The notes under the pieces were generated by a model. The model made no database searches. It was not told the DNA's origin and saw only the letters and a list, made by a program, of their open reading frames with translations. From positions 96,082 to 160,081 of the forward strand of contig CAVXGA010000012.1 of the NCBI GenBank assembly GCA_963761195.1: a stretch of 64,000 nucleotides of DNA, in the 5' to 3' direction. This stretch comes from an uncultured Bacteroidales bacterium. Lineage in GTDB: Bacteria > Bacteroidota > Bacteroidia > Bacteroidales > JAADJA01. A program made the position numbers and the translations under genes. How positions within the stretch are numbered: the first letter of the stretch is position 1; each line of letters starts with the position of its first letter. Positions 18,198 to 26,961 of this stretch are shown here, in pieces.

Positions 18198-18362
18198 ATG
18201 AAAAATATACTTTATATCACCATCGTTTTACTTGTAATAATTTGGGCAATTATTTTTTTGAGTTTTAGTTCATTCATGATTGTTCATTTGTTGCTTGTAT
18301 TTGCGGGATTTTATTTACTCATTATCCTTAATTTTAATGAGGAATTATCAAGAAAATGGTGA
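18198..18362 (+). CDS. Small two-helix membrane protein (54 aa), a distant lmo0937-like paralog
   Basis: MKNILYITIVLLVIIWAIIFLSFSSFMIVHLLLVFAGFYLLIILNFNEELSRKW. Not in the ORF track. Confidence 0.55.
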   Translation: MKNILYITIVLLVIIWAIIFLSFSSFMIVHLLLVFAGFYLLIILNFNEELSRKW

Positions 18363-18432
18363 GTGTTAGTAATTGACGTTAAATAAAAATGCGATGTAAT
18401 TAAGTTGGTACTTACTTGTAATACTTTATGAT

Positions 18433-18618
18433 ATGGATTCAAAACTAAATCAGAGTAACTTAAATGAGCTTAAATCCAAGCTTAGAAAAAAATTCCCTCA
18501 GTTAACAGAAACTGATTTACAAAATAAAGAGGGTGCGGAAGAAAGTATGCTGAGAATGGTGGAATATAAACTTCGAAAGACAAAACAGCAGATGCAGGAA
18601 ATAATTGAAAAGCTTTAG
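18433..18618 (+). CDS. CsbD-like general stress protein (Bacteroidota type)
   Basis: The pattern NELKSKLRKKFPQLTETDLQNKEGAEESMLRMVEYKLRKTKQQ matches the NWNELKGK...LTDDDL...GK.DEL..KLQ CsbD-family layout. Confidence 0.6.
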   Translation: MDSKLNQSNLNELKSKLRKKFPQLTETDLQNKEGAEESMLRMVEYKLRKTKQQMQEIIEKL

Positions 18619-18668
18619 CCTGATTTCTTCCTGAAACATAATTAAGCATAAAAAGAAAGGAACTAGAA

Positions 18669-19535
18669 ATGAATTATTTGTATTTATTAATTCCACTTGC
18701 AGTTATTTTAATTGCAGGTATAAGAATTGTCAGACCCACACAAAGAGGGTTGATCGAAAGGCTTGGAAAATACCATAATTACGCGAATCCTGGATTTCAC
18801 TGGATTATTCCAATTATCGACAGGTTATTTATGGTAAATATAACCGAACAAATGGTAGATGCCGAGCCTCAGGAAATAATTACCAACGACAATTTGAATG
18901 CGAGCGTTGACGCGCAGGTATATTTCAGGGTGAAAGCCGATGAAGAAAACGTAAAAGGATCGACCTATAATGTGAATGATTACAAATGGCAGATTGTGAA
19001 CCTTGCACGGACGACGCTGCGTAATATTATCGGTACCCTTACGCTTAAATCGGCCAACAGCGAACGCGGTAAAATAAATGCCGGACTTTATGAAACTCTG
19101 CATAATGAAACGCAAAACTGGGGCATTGAAATCGTCCGCACAGAGTTGAAGGAAATTGACCCGCCTAAAGATGTGCAGGAAACCATGAATAAAGTAGTAA
19201 AAGCTGAAAATGAAAAAATTGCGGCTATAGATTCTGCGACTGCGGCCGAAACTGTCGCCGATGGGATAAAACGCGCCTCTATTAAAGAAGCGGAAGGGTT
19301 TAAACAATCGAAGATATTGCACGCCGAAGGGGAAGCTGAGGCCATTAGACTGGTAAATCAGGCAGCAGACAAATATTTTATCGGAAACGCTCAATTATTG
19401 CGGAAGTTGGAGGCAATGGAAACATCGCTCGAAAAGAATGCGAAAATTGTTATCCCAACCGGAACTGAATTGGTAAACATTATCGGAGAGATGGCAGGAA
19501 TAGTCCCTCTGACACGAAAACAAAAAGAAGATTAA
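18669..19535 (+). CDS. SPFH/band-7 (stomatin-like) membrane protein
   Basis: N-terminal TM segment followed by IRIVRPTQRGLIERLGKY...ITNDNLNASVDAQVYFRV. Confidence 0.85.
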   Translation: MNYLYLLIPLAVILIAGIRIVRPTQRGLIERLGKYHNYANPGFHWIIPIIDRLFMVNITEQMVDAEPQEIITNDNLNASVDAQVYFRVKADEENVKGSTYNVNDYKWQIVNLARTTLRNIIGTLTLKSANSERGKINAGLYETLHNETQNWGIEIVRTELKEIDPPKDVQETMNKVVKAENEKIAAIDSATAAETVADGIKRASIKEAEGFKQSKILHAEGEAEAIRLVNQAADKYFIGNAQLLRKLEAMETSLEKNAKIVIPTGTELVNIIGEMAGIVPLTRKQKED

Positions 19536-19667
19536 TTTTGAATTCATAATTGCATTTTATTGACGAATCTGTGTGAGGTTTAGTTAAATATAAGCATCGG
19601 CTAAAGTGCAGCAGTGAAAAGTTATAACCTTTTTCTGTCTTTAAATTTTCTTTAACAGAAACTATAA

Positions 19668-19736
19668 AAATGTGGGAATAATGTAAATCTTTTACAAAAT
19701 TGTGTAACGGATTCTGAAGGCAATTTACGTACTTTT
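19668..19736 (+). promoter_or_regulatory. Stress-gene upstream element, copy 5
   Basis: AAATGTGGGAATAATGTAAATCTTTTACAAAATTGTGTAACGG, then 24 nt, then CTTTT. Starts 236 nt before the ATG at 19904. Confidence 0.6.
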
Positions 19737-19903
19737 AATTTTTATTTTAAAAAATGGTGCTGAAGGAGTAACATATAGAAATAAAAATCCTGGGAAAATC
19801 ATAGACTTTGTCAGATAAACAGTAGTAATTGGTGGTATCGTTTTTTTCAGATTTAAACGTATTTATTTTGCTTCATTTTTATTCACACATAAAACCAACT
19901 GAA

Positions 19904-20104
19904 ATGAATGAAATCTTGACCCCCAAACAATGGAATGAACTCCGAATCCAATTAAAACAAAAACACCCTGAACTTACTGATGCTGATTTGCCTTATTATG
20001 AAGCCGAAGAAGAGGATATGTTGTGCATGATCGAATACGAGCTTCAAATGTATCATGAAAAAATGCCGCATACAAATAATGCTATTAGCCATTATTCCCG
20101 CTAA
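19904..20104 (+). CDS. CsbD-like stress protein, second paralog
   Basis: MNEILTPKQWNELRIQLKQKHPELTDADLPYYEAEEEDMLCMIEYELQ. The listed ORF start at 19829 is probably too early. Confidence 0.55.
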   Translation: MNEILTPKQWNELRIQLKQKHPELTDADLPYYEAEEEDMLCMIEYELQMYHEKMPHTNNAISHYSR

Positions 20105-20564
20105 ATAGATATAGTCGATAAAGTGTGAACGTTTAATCTGCAATTAAATTAAAAAGAATTTTAAGTTAGGTGTCGTGAGGGATTACGAAGCTATTTCCTA
20201 TCTGTAGTGGTCCAGTAAAACTGGTCAGAAATTATTAATTTTAAAATTTATCTCAAATGAAAAGATGTTTACAGTGTTAAGGCGCTTTTTGCGTAGGATA
20301 AATTAAAAATGTGCATGGAAATATTGCTGACTATTTTTGATCGTCGTCTATGCAACTGAACTAAGTGATCGAAGGAATCAGTAAAACTGTAATCAAGAGA
20401 ATTTTCATCAGGAGATGAGATCAATATTATGAAGGTTCGGGATCGAAATATATTTTAAAAAACCGCTTTCGAAATTGAATTAATAATTATTATGATTTTT
20501 AACCTTATATCTCATTGTTTTATTGAGCTTTACAAATGTTATTTATTTTAATTTGTTGTACCTA

Positions 20565-20605
20565 TCAAAAGAATAATGCCCGTATAATATTTATATACAG
20601 GCATT
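20565..20605 (-). terminator. Stem-loop plus T-rich tail, 3' of tRNA-Arg
   Basis: aatgcccgtata/tatacaggcatt forms a 12-bp stem with one mismatch. On the minus strand it is followed by attctttt. Confidence 0.5.
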
Positions 20606-20620
20606 TATATTAATTTTCTG

Positions 20621-20693
20621 TGATCCCGGGAGGGCTCGAACCCCCATCACGAGAACCGGAATCTCGAATTCTATCCAGTTGAACTACGGGACC
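20621..20693 (-). tRNA. tRNA-Arg (anticodon CCG)
   Basis: The reverse complement GGTCCCGTAGTTCAACTGGATAGAATTCGAGATTCCGGTTCTCGTGATGGGGGTTCGAGCCCTCCCGGGATCA folds as a cloverleaf. The anticodon loop is TTCCGGT. Confidence 0.9.
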
Positions 20694-20912
20694 AGTGTGA
20701 TTGCAGATCGAGGAATAACGATTTATGATTTATGATCTGTTCCGATACTGCAAAAATATCCTTTATTTCAATAAACACTCAATTGCTCAATTTATCTAAA
20801 ACCTTAACAAAGAAGAAACAATTCCGGCAAAATTATAAAGATTTTCATTCTGAACTTAATCTCGGTAACTATTAATTTAACAATTATTAAATCTCTTCTC
20901 GTACATTTTCAA

Positions 20913-20920
20913 TAAATTTG
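20913..20920 (+). promoter_or_regulatory. -7 promoter box TAaaTTTG upstream of fbaA
   Basis: Matches TAnnTTTG, 39 nt before the ATG at 20959. Confidence 0.4.
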
Positions 20921-20958
20921 CAAATCAATTTCTGTTTTTCATTATAAAAAACAACTAT

Positions 20959-22038
20959 ATGTCTGAAAAAATTTTAAACGTCGTTAAACCAGGTGTCATT
21001 ACTGGCGACGACCTACAAAAAGTATATAAAATTGCCAAGACGAATCAGTTTGCAATCCCTGCAGTCAATGTCATAGGAACAGATTCAGTAAATGGCGTTC
21101 TCGAAGTTGCCAGAACCGTGAATTCACCGGTAATCATTCAGTTCTCAAATGGCGGATCCCACTTTTATGCAGGAAAAGGTTTGTCGAATGAAAATGAAAA
21201 AGCAGCAATTATAGGGGCAATTTCGGGTGCAAAACACATTCATCATGTGGCTGAAATGTATGGAGTACCTGTAATTGTCCATACTGATCATGCAGCCAAA
21301 AAACTATTACCCTGGATTGACGGACTGCTTACAGCCGGGGAAGAACATTTTAAACATTACGGTAAACCGTTGTTCAGTTCTCACATGCTTGATTTGTCTG
21401 AAGAACCGATCAAAGAAAATATCGAAATCTGTAAGAAATATCTTGCAAGAATGAGTAAATTGGGTATGACGCTGGAGTTGGAACTGGGGGTTACCGGTGG
21501 CGAAGAAGACGGCGTGGACAATACAGGCCTTGACAGTTCGCGTTTATATACCCAACCCGAGGAAGTAGCCTTAGCTTATGAAGAACTGCTTAAAATTTCG
21601 CCTAACTTTACTATTGCAGCTGCATTTGGTAATGTGCACGGCGTTTACAAACCCGGAAACGTAAAACTTCAACCCATTATCCTGAAAAACTCACAAGATT
21701 ATATCCAGAAAAAATTTAACACGCCCGAAAAACCAGTAAATTTTGTATTTCATGGCGGTTCAGGATCAAGTCATGAGGAGATCAAACAAGCGGTATCGTA
21801 CGGTGTGATAAAAATGAACATCGATACCGATACGCAATGGGCATTTTGGGATGGAATACGGAAATTTGAGGCTAAAAACCACAGTTATCTTCAGAGCCAG
21901 ATCGGCAATCCTGAAGGTGATGATAAACCGAATAAAAAATATTACGATCCCAGAAAATGGCTCCGTGAAGGTCAGTTGAGCATGATCGAAAGATTGAAAA
22001 TTGCATTCGAGGATCTCAACAACATCAACAGGAATTAA
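20959..22038 (+). CDS. fbaA: Class II fructose-bisphosphate aldolase
   Basis: IPAVNVIGTDSVNGVLEVA, VIVHTDHAAKKLLPWIDG and FVFHGGSGS. Confidence 0.92.
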   Translation: MSEKILNVVKPGVITGDDLQKVYKIAKTNQFAIPAVNVIGTDSVNGVLEVARTVNSPVIIQFSNGGSHFYAGKGLSNENEKAAIIGAISGAKHIHHVAEMYGVPVIVHTDHAAKKLLPWIDGLLTAGEEHFKHYGKPLFSSHMLDLSEEPIKENIEICKKYLARMSKLGMTLELELGVTGGEEDGVDNTGLDSSRLYTQPEEVALAYEELLKISPNFTIAAAFGNVHGVYKPGNVKLQPIILKNSQDYIQKKFNTPEKPVNFVFHGGSGSSHEEIKQAVSYGVIKMNIDTDTQWAFWDGIRKFEAKNHSYLQSQIGNPEGDDKPNKKYYDPRKWLREGQLSMIERLKIAFEDLNNINRN

Positions 22039-22072
22039 GTATCTCTTTATTCTTCAGGGCTTATAAAGCTTG

Positions 22073-23881
22073 ATGAAAAGTAAATTTTTTGCATACCTTT
22101 TGTTTGGAGGATTATTCGGGTACCTGATTTTGAGAGGTATTTATGTACCCCTGATCCATGATTCAATTGCAACTTTTTTCAGGTATGTCCATATCGGTGA
22201 GATTTTCCCTTACCATTCGGAATGGTCGGCGAATAACCATTATCTGAATTCATTACTGACTTTTATTAGTTACAGGCTTTTGGGGTCTTCACCTATTGCA
22301 TTGAAACTTCCCAACATTATTTTTTTCCCGGTTTTTTTCTACTTTGTTTATAAAATTTCACTTGAAATCAAAGAGAAATTCCTTCGCTGGGGATTTTTGA
22401 TCGTTTTGACAATGACTCATAATTTCTTTGAGTTTTTTGCAGTGTCAAGGGGTTATGGGATGTCAATGGCCTTGTTGTTCGGTGCAATATGGTTCACCAT
22501 TTTAGCGATGAAAGAAAACCGGCTTAAGGATTATATCTTCGTGCTTGTTTTTCTTATTCTCGCAACCTATGCCAACCTGACTATCACGAACTCCTTCATT
22601 TTAATTTTAGGACTACTTACTATTAACATTTTACATAACCATTCTGACGGATTTATAAGGATGCTCAAAAAGCTACTTATAATTATTTTTTTAGGGATTA
22701 TACCTCTCTTTCTCGGCATTGTCCTCCTTTTTAAGCTAAAAGCCGAAGGAGAGCTTTATTACGGTAAACCCGACGGATTTTATCAGGTAACCGTTCGTAC
22801 ACTCATTCGTTTACTCACGGGTTCTGAATCCAGCCTTTTAACCTGGTGGGCAATTGCATATTTTCTCGCTACATCTATCGGATTTGTTTACATCGTTATA
22901 AAACTAAAGAAGACAGAACAACCCTGGAAATTTCTTCAACCTGAGTGGATATTTTTTTATCTTCTTACAGGAAATATCATTGCTTCGGTACTTGAGAATA
23001 AACTTTTCGGAACAAATTATCCCGAAGACCGAACCGGTCTTTACTTTTTTCCATACCTAATCGGTTCTATATTTTTTATAACTGACAGAATCAATTTTAA
23101 GCAATCATTCATTAAATGGATAGTTGTAATACCGCTGGCATTTTTTCCAATCCATTTTATTCTGAATCTTAATTTATCCCGGTCTTCACTTGAAGATGAA
23201 GCCATTCCATTGCGCTTTCATGAAAAAGTTGCTGCTACCACGTATCCGGGTCAAATACCTCCAACTATTGAAGGTTATCGGAGCAGAGTTTTTCGCTGGG
23301 TTTATATGAATTTCAGGGAAAAACAGGAATTAAGCCTGATCCATTACAATTCCTATCCATCTCTTGACGGCGACTTTCAACTGGTTCGACCTGCAGACGA
23401 TCCCCTCTGGCAGAAGTTTTATGACTCGGTCGATTCCGATAAACACACCGGTTTCTGGCTTCTTAAGAGGAAGCATGTGCTTGAAAAAAATCTGATTTAT
23501 ACCAAAAAGTCCATTCAAATGGATTCTATCACGAATCAGGAATACTTCGAAATTGCAAGCGGATCAGTAGATTCACTCAAGGGTATGACTTTATATTTGT
23601 ATTATAACCTGCGATTATTCTCCAATCAAAAACCTTTTCATGGCTGGATCGTGACAAGTGTATTTGATAAAGACAGAAAATTATTGCGCTATGAATATAT
23701 TCCGCTCGATTGGTACAGAACAGTGTGGGATGATAACAAACCTTTTAAAAATGGAATGCTGGTTCATGAAATACCTGAAAGTGCCACTTCATATGTTACC
23801 TATATCTGGAACATTCAAAAAACCCCTTTTATCGTTAATAAATGCGATTACAACTTGTTTACACTTGAAAAAGACTATTAA
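22073..23881 (+). CDS. Polytopic membrane protein, possible GT-C (ArnT/PMT-like) glycosyltransferase
   Basis: About 12 predicted TM segments in the first 370 aa, then a soluble C-terminal domain. No catalytic motif confirmed. Confidence 0.4.
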   Translation: MKSKFFAYLLFGGLFGYLILRGIYVPLIHDSIATFFRYVHIGEIFPYHSEWSANNHYLNSLLTFISYRLLGSSPIALKLPNIIFFPVFFYFVYKISLEIKEKFLRWGFLIVLTMTHNFFEFFAVSRGYGMSMALLFGAIWFTILAMKENRLKDYIFVLVFLILATYANLTITNSFILILGLLTINILHNHSDGFIRMLKKLLIIIFLGIIPLFLGIVLLFKLKAEGELYYGKPDGFYQVTVRTLIRLLTGSESSLLTWWAIAYFLATSIGFVYIVIKLKKTEQPWKFLQPEWIFFYLLTGNIIASVLENKLFGTNYPEDRTGLYFFPYLIGSIFFITDRINFKQSFIKWIVVIPLAFFPIHFILNLNLSRSSLEDEAIPLRFHEKVAATTYPGQIPPTIEGYRSRVFRWVYMNFREKQELSLIHYNSYPSLDGDFQLVRPADDPLWQKFYDSVDSDKHTGFWLLKRKHVLEKNLIYTKKSIQMDSITNQEYFEIASGSVDSLKGMTLYLYYNLRLFSNQKPFHGWIVTSVFDKDRKLLRYEYIPLDWYRTVWDDNKPFKNGMLVHEIPESATSYVTYIWNIQKTPFIVNKCDYNLFTLEKDY

Positions 23882-23972
23882 CAAAATTATCCTTGTGTTA
23901 ACAAATATTTCTTGGAGTCCATCAATAATCATGTAATTTTACATCCCTAAAAAAATTAATAAATTATTCATT

Positions 23973-26831
23973 ATGAAACGTATTTTACTTTTATCTGTCA
24001 TTCTGCTGACAGTATTTTTTGGAACTGTTCAAGCTCAGAACCTTGTCGTGAATGGAAACCTGGAATCGTGGACAAGCGGGGTCCCTGATGGGTGGGGACT
24101 GGTACAAAATATCACACAGGGAACCACATTTGTTCATGGTGGAAATTATTCCGCGATGCATACCTCTACCAGCACAAGTCAGAAATTTAACCAGGAGATT
24201 AACGGTTTGCAGGCGGGCCAGGATTATACAATAAGTTATTGGTATTACGATAATGACCCTACAGCAAAAACAAGGATATGGGCGTACTGGTTATCCGGTG
24301 GGGCAACTTTGCCTGACAATGCGGATGTGCTAAGACCCTCTACCTATTCGACTGACAATCCGGATTGGCAGCAATTTAGTGCAATACTGACCGCACCTGC
24401 AGGTGCCGATGCATTTCGTTTTGAAGTAAGGGTGTATCAGGAAAACAGTGTGTCAGGGGGTGCTAATTATTACGACGATTTTGAATTTACAGGTGATATC
24501 ATTGTAAATCCGGAACCTTCGAATTACCCAACCAACTTTGTCGCAAATGCTGCCGGTCTGTCTATCGACCTTTCCTGGACTGATGCTACAGGATCACAAC
24601 TTCCCACCGGTTACATAATAGTGGCCGGACTTAACCCATCATTACCGGTTCCGGTAGATGGAACACCAATTTTAGATGATCTGGATTTGTCAGATGGCAG
24701 TGGAGCGATCAACGTTGCCTATGGTGCTCAATCTACATCGTTTGTAAATTTAGAATCAAATACACCTTATTATTTTGCAATTTATCCATACAGTAACACG
24801 GGTACCAATATCGATTTTAAAACTGATGGTACGGCTCCGACTGCCACGGCAACAACAGCCAACCAAACAATTATCGAGTCAGAAAACTTTGACGATTCGT
24901 GGGGAAACTGGACTACAATCAGTGTAGTTGGCGACCAGGTTTGGGACAGAAACAATACTTTTGGACTCAACGGTACAGCTTGTGCACGTATCAGCGGATT
25001 TGTTGTCCAGGCTTTTGACAATGACGATTGGCTGATCTCGCCTGCAATGAATTTTAATAATTTTTCAAATGCATCCCTTGTATTTTTCAATGCGAAAAAT
25101 TATACAGGACCGGATTTGGAATGCGTGATATCGACTAATTATGATGGTGGTGGCGATCCTGGTTCTGCAACCTGGACAGCACTGACATATACAATGTGCC
25201 CCGGAAACTGGGTTTGGACGAATTCAGGTACAATTGACCTTTCTGCCTACAGCGGAGCCGCCGTGTATGTTGCTTTTCATTACACATGCAACACAGTTGA
25301 ATCAGCGACATGGGAAATCGATGATGTTCTGATCACCGGTGAAGGCACCGGGACTGTTTATCCCGAGCCTTCAAACTATCCTACAATTTTCACAGCCGAC
25401 CCGGGAAGCACGAGTATTCAATTATCATGGACTGATGCAACAGGTACACAACTTCCGTCAAAATATATCATCATGGCCGGAACTTCCGCTTCATTACCTG
25501 TACCGGTTGATGGAATTCCAACTCCTAATGACCTTGATCTTTCTGATGGTTCAGGTGCAATGAATGTTAATTATGGCGTTGAGGATGCTACTTTTGCTAA
25601 TCTGGTCACCGGAACAACCTATTATTTTACCATTTATCCCTATACGAATAGTGGTGCTGTCATTGATTATAAAACCGATGGTGTCGCTCCTGCAGCTAAT
25701 GCAACCACAACATTTTTACCCGAACCTACAAATTACCCGGTAAACTTTGTTGCCAGTCCAACAAACAACTCGATTGGATTAACCTGGACTGATGCAGTTG
25801 GAACTCAATTACCTGAAAAGTACATCGTCTTTGCAGGAACAAGTTCCACATTGCCTGTTCCTGTTGATGGAACTGCAATTGCAGATGATACGGACATGAG
25901 TGACGGATCCGGAGCACTTAATATTGCCTATGGTGTTCAAGCCGCTTCTTTCAGTGGATTAGAAGCAAGTACACCATATTATTTTTCAATATATCCTTAC
26001 ACCAATTCAGGTTCCGGTATAAATTATAAAACTGATGGAACGGCTCCCACTGTAACAGCTACAACCTCAGTCCAGACAATTGTTACTATTGAAGCAGAGA
26101 ATTTTGATGATAGCTGGGGCAACTGGACAACAGTTAGCGTGACAGGCGATCAGGTATGGAGCAGAGACAATACCTTCGGAATAAATAGTACACCTTGTGC
26201 ACTGATGAGCGGATTTTCGGGCGTATCCTATGAAAACGATGACTGGTTAATTTCACCTGCTTTAGACCTGGATAATTATAATAACGAGGTCCTTACTTTC
26301 CAGAATGCTAAAAATTACACAGGTAATGATCTCTTACTTAAATTTTCAACCGATTACAATGGTGGTGGAGATCCTTATTCGGCGACCTGGACTACATTGA
26401 ACTATACCATGTGCCCGGGAAACTGGACCTGGACTTCTTCAGGAAATGTTGACCTTTCATCAATTAACGGAACCGCTGTTTATGTTGCATTTCAGTTCAC
26501 ATCAACCAGTACGGAATCAGCTACCTGGGAGATTGATGATATTCAAATTACAGGTGAAGGAAACACAAGCATTACCAATCAGTTCTTATTATCGAATTTG
26601 TCAAAAGTTTATCCCAATCCTTCAAGTGGTGTTATCAATCTTGAAAAATTATATGAAGGATTTGATAAGGTTCAAATATTATCTTTAACCGGAACCGTAC
26701 TTTCTGAATTCGAATTTAATGAACCCATTGTCAGGCATGATATTTCTGACCTTGGCAAAGGAATTTATTTTGTCAGGTTTATAGAATCTTCAACAGGTCA
26801 GTATTCGGCACAAAAACTTATTGTCTATTAA
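23973..26831 (+). CDS. Large T9SS-secreted surface protein: CBM-like N-terminus, 3 FN3-like repeats, 2 choice-of-anchor-J domains, T9SS C-terminal sorting domain
   Basis: The repeat EPSNYPTNF...LSWTDATGxQLP...YYFxIYPY starts at about 24510, 25362 and 25719. ENFDDSWGNWTT...DDWLISPA...ATWEIDD occurs at about 24882-25340 and 26097-26560. The CTD VYPNPSSGVINL...GIYFVRF runs about 26607-26828. Confidence 0.8.
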   Translation: MKRILLLSVILLTVFFGTVQAQNLVVNGNLESWTSGVPDGWGLVQNITQGTTFVHGGNYSAMHTSTSTSQKFNQEINGLQAGQDYTISYWYYDNDPTAKTRIWAYWLSGGATLPDNADVLRPSTYSTDNPDWQQFSAILTAPAGADAFRFEVRVYQENSVSGGANYYDDFEFTGDIIVNPEPSNYPTNFVANAAGLSIDLSWTDATGSQLPTGYIIVAGLNPSLPVPVDGTPILDDLDLSDGSGAINVAYGAQSTSFVNLESNTPYYFAIYPYSNTGTNIDFKTDGTAPTATATTANQTIIESENFDDSWGNWTTISVVGDQVWDRNNTFGLNGTACARISGFVVQAFDNDDWLISPAMNFNNFSNASLVFFNAKNYTGPDLECVISTNYDGGGDPGSATWTALTYTMCPGNWVWTNSGTIDLSAYSGAAVYVAFHYTCNTVESATWEIDDVLITGEGTGTVYPEPSNYPTIFTADPGSTSIQLSWTDATGTQLPSKYIIMAGTSASLPVPVDGIPTPNDLDLSDGSGAMNVNYGVEDATFANLVTGTTYYFTIYPYTNSGAVIDYKTDGVAPAANATTTFLPEPTNYPVNFVASPTNNSIGLTWTDAVGTQLPEKYIVFAGTSSTLPVPVDGTAIADDTDMSDGSGALNIAYGVQAASFSGLEASTPYYFSIYPYTNSGSGINYKTDGTAPTVTATTSVQTIVTIEAENFDDSWGNWTTVSVTGDQVWSRDNTFGINSTPCALMSGFSGVSYENDDWLISPALDLDNYNNEVLTFQNAKNYTGNDLLLKFSTDYNGGGDPYSATWTTLNYTMCPGNWTWTSSGNVDLSSINGTAVYVAFQFTSTSTESATWEIDDIQITGEGNTSITNQFLLSNLSKVYPNPSSGVINLEKLYEGFDKVQILSLTGTVLSEFEFNEPIVRHDISDLGKGIYFVRFIESSTGQYSAQKLIVY

Positions 26832-26853
26832 TCATTGAAAAACATAAAACTTC

Positions 26854-26890
26854 AAAGTCCTCCGGAAACGGGGGACTTTTATTTTTATTC
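26854..26890 (+). terminator. Rho-independent terminator
   Basis: aaagtcctccg-gaaa-cgggggacttt followed by ttatttttatt. Confidence 0.7.
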
Positions 26891-26931
26891 AATAAATGGA
26901 TTTCATTATCGTTTAGGTAAACAATAATCTT

Positions 26932-26939
26932 TATATTTG
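26932..26939 (+). promoter_or_regulatory. -7 promoter box TAtaTTTG
   Basis: Matches TAnnTTTG, 23 nt before the ATG at 26962. Confidence 0.45.
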
Positions 26940-26961
26940 TGGCAACAGGAAACCTTTAAGA

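Noticed and set aside
18825-19394. 189-aa minus-strand ORF (and 19088-19345) inside the SPFH gene
   Set aside because: Antisense shadow of a well-supported band-7 gene. Its composition is low-complexity and Phe/Arg-rich.
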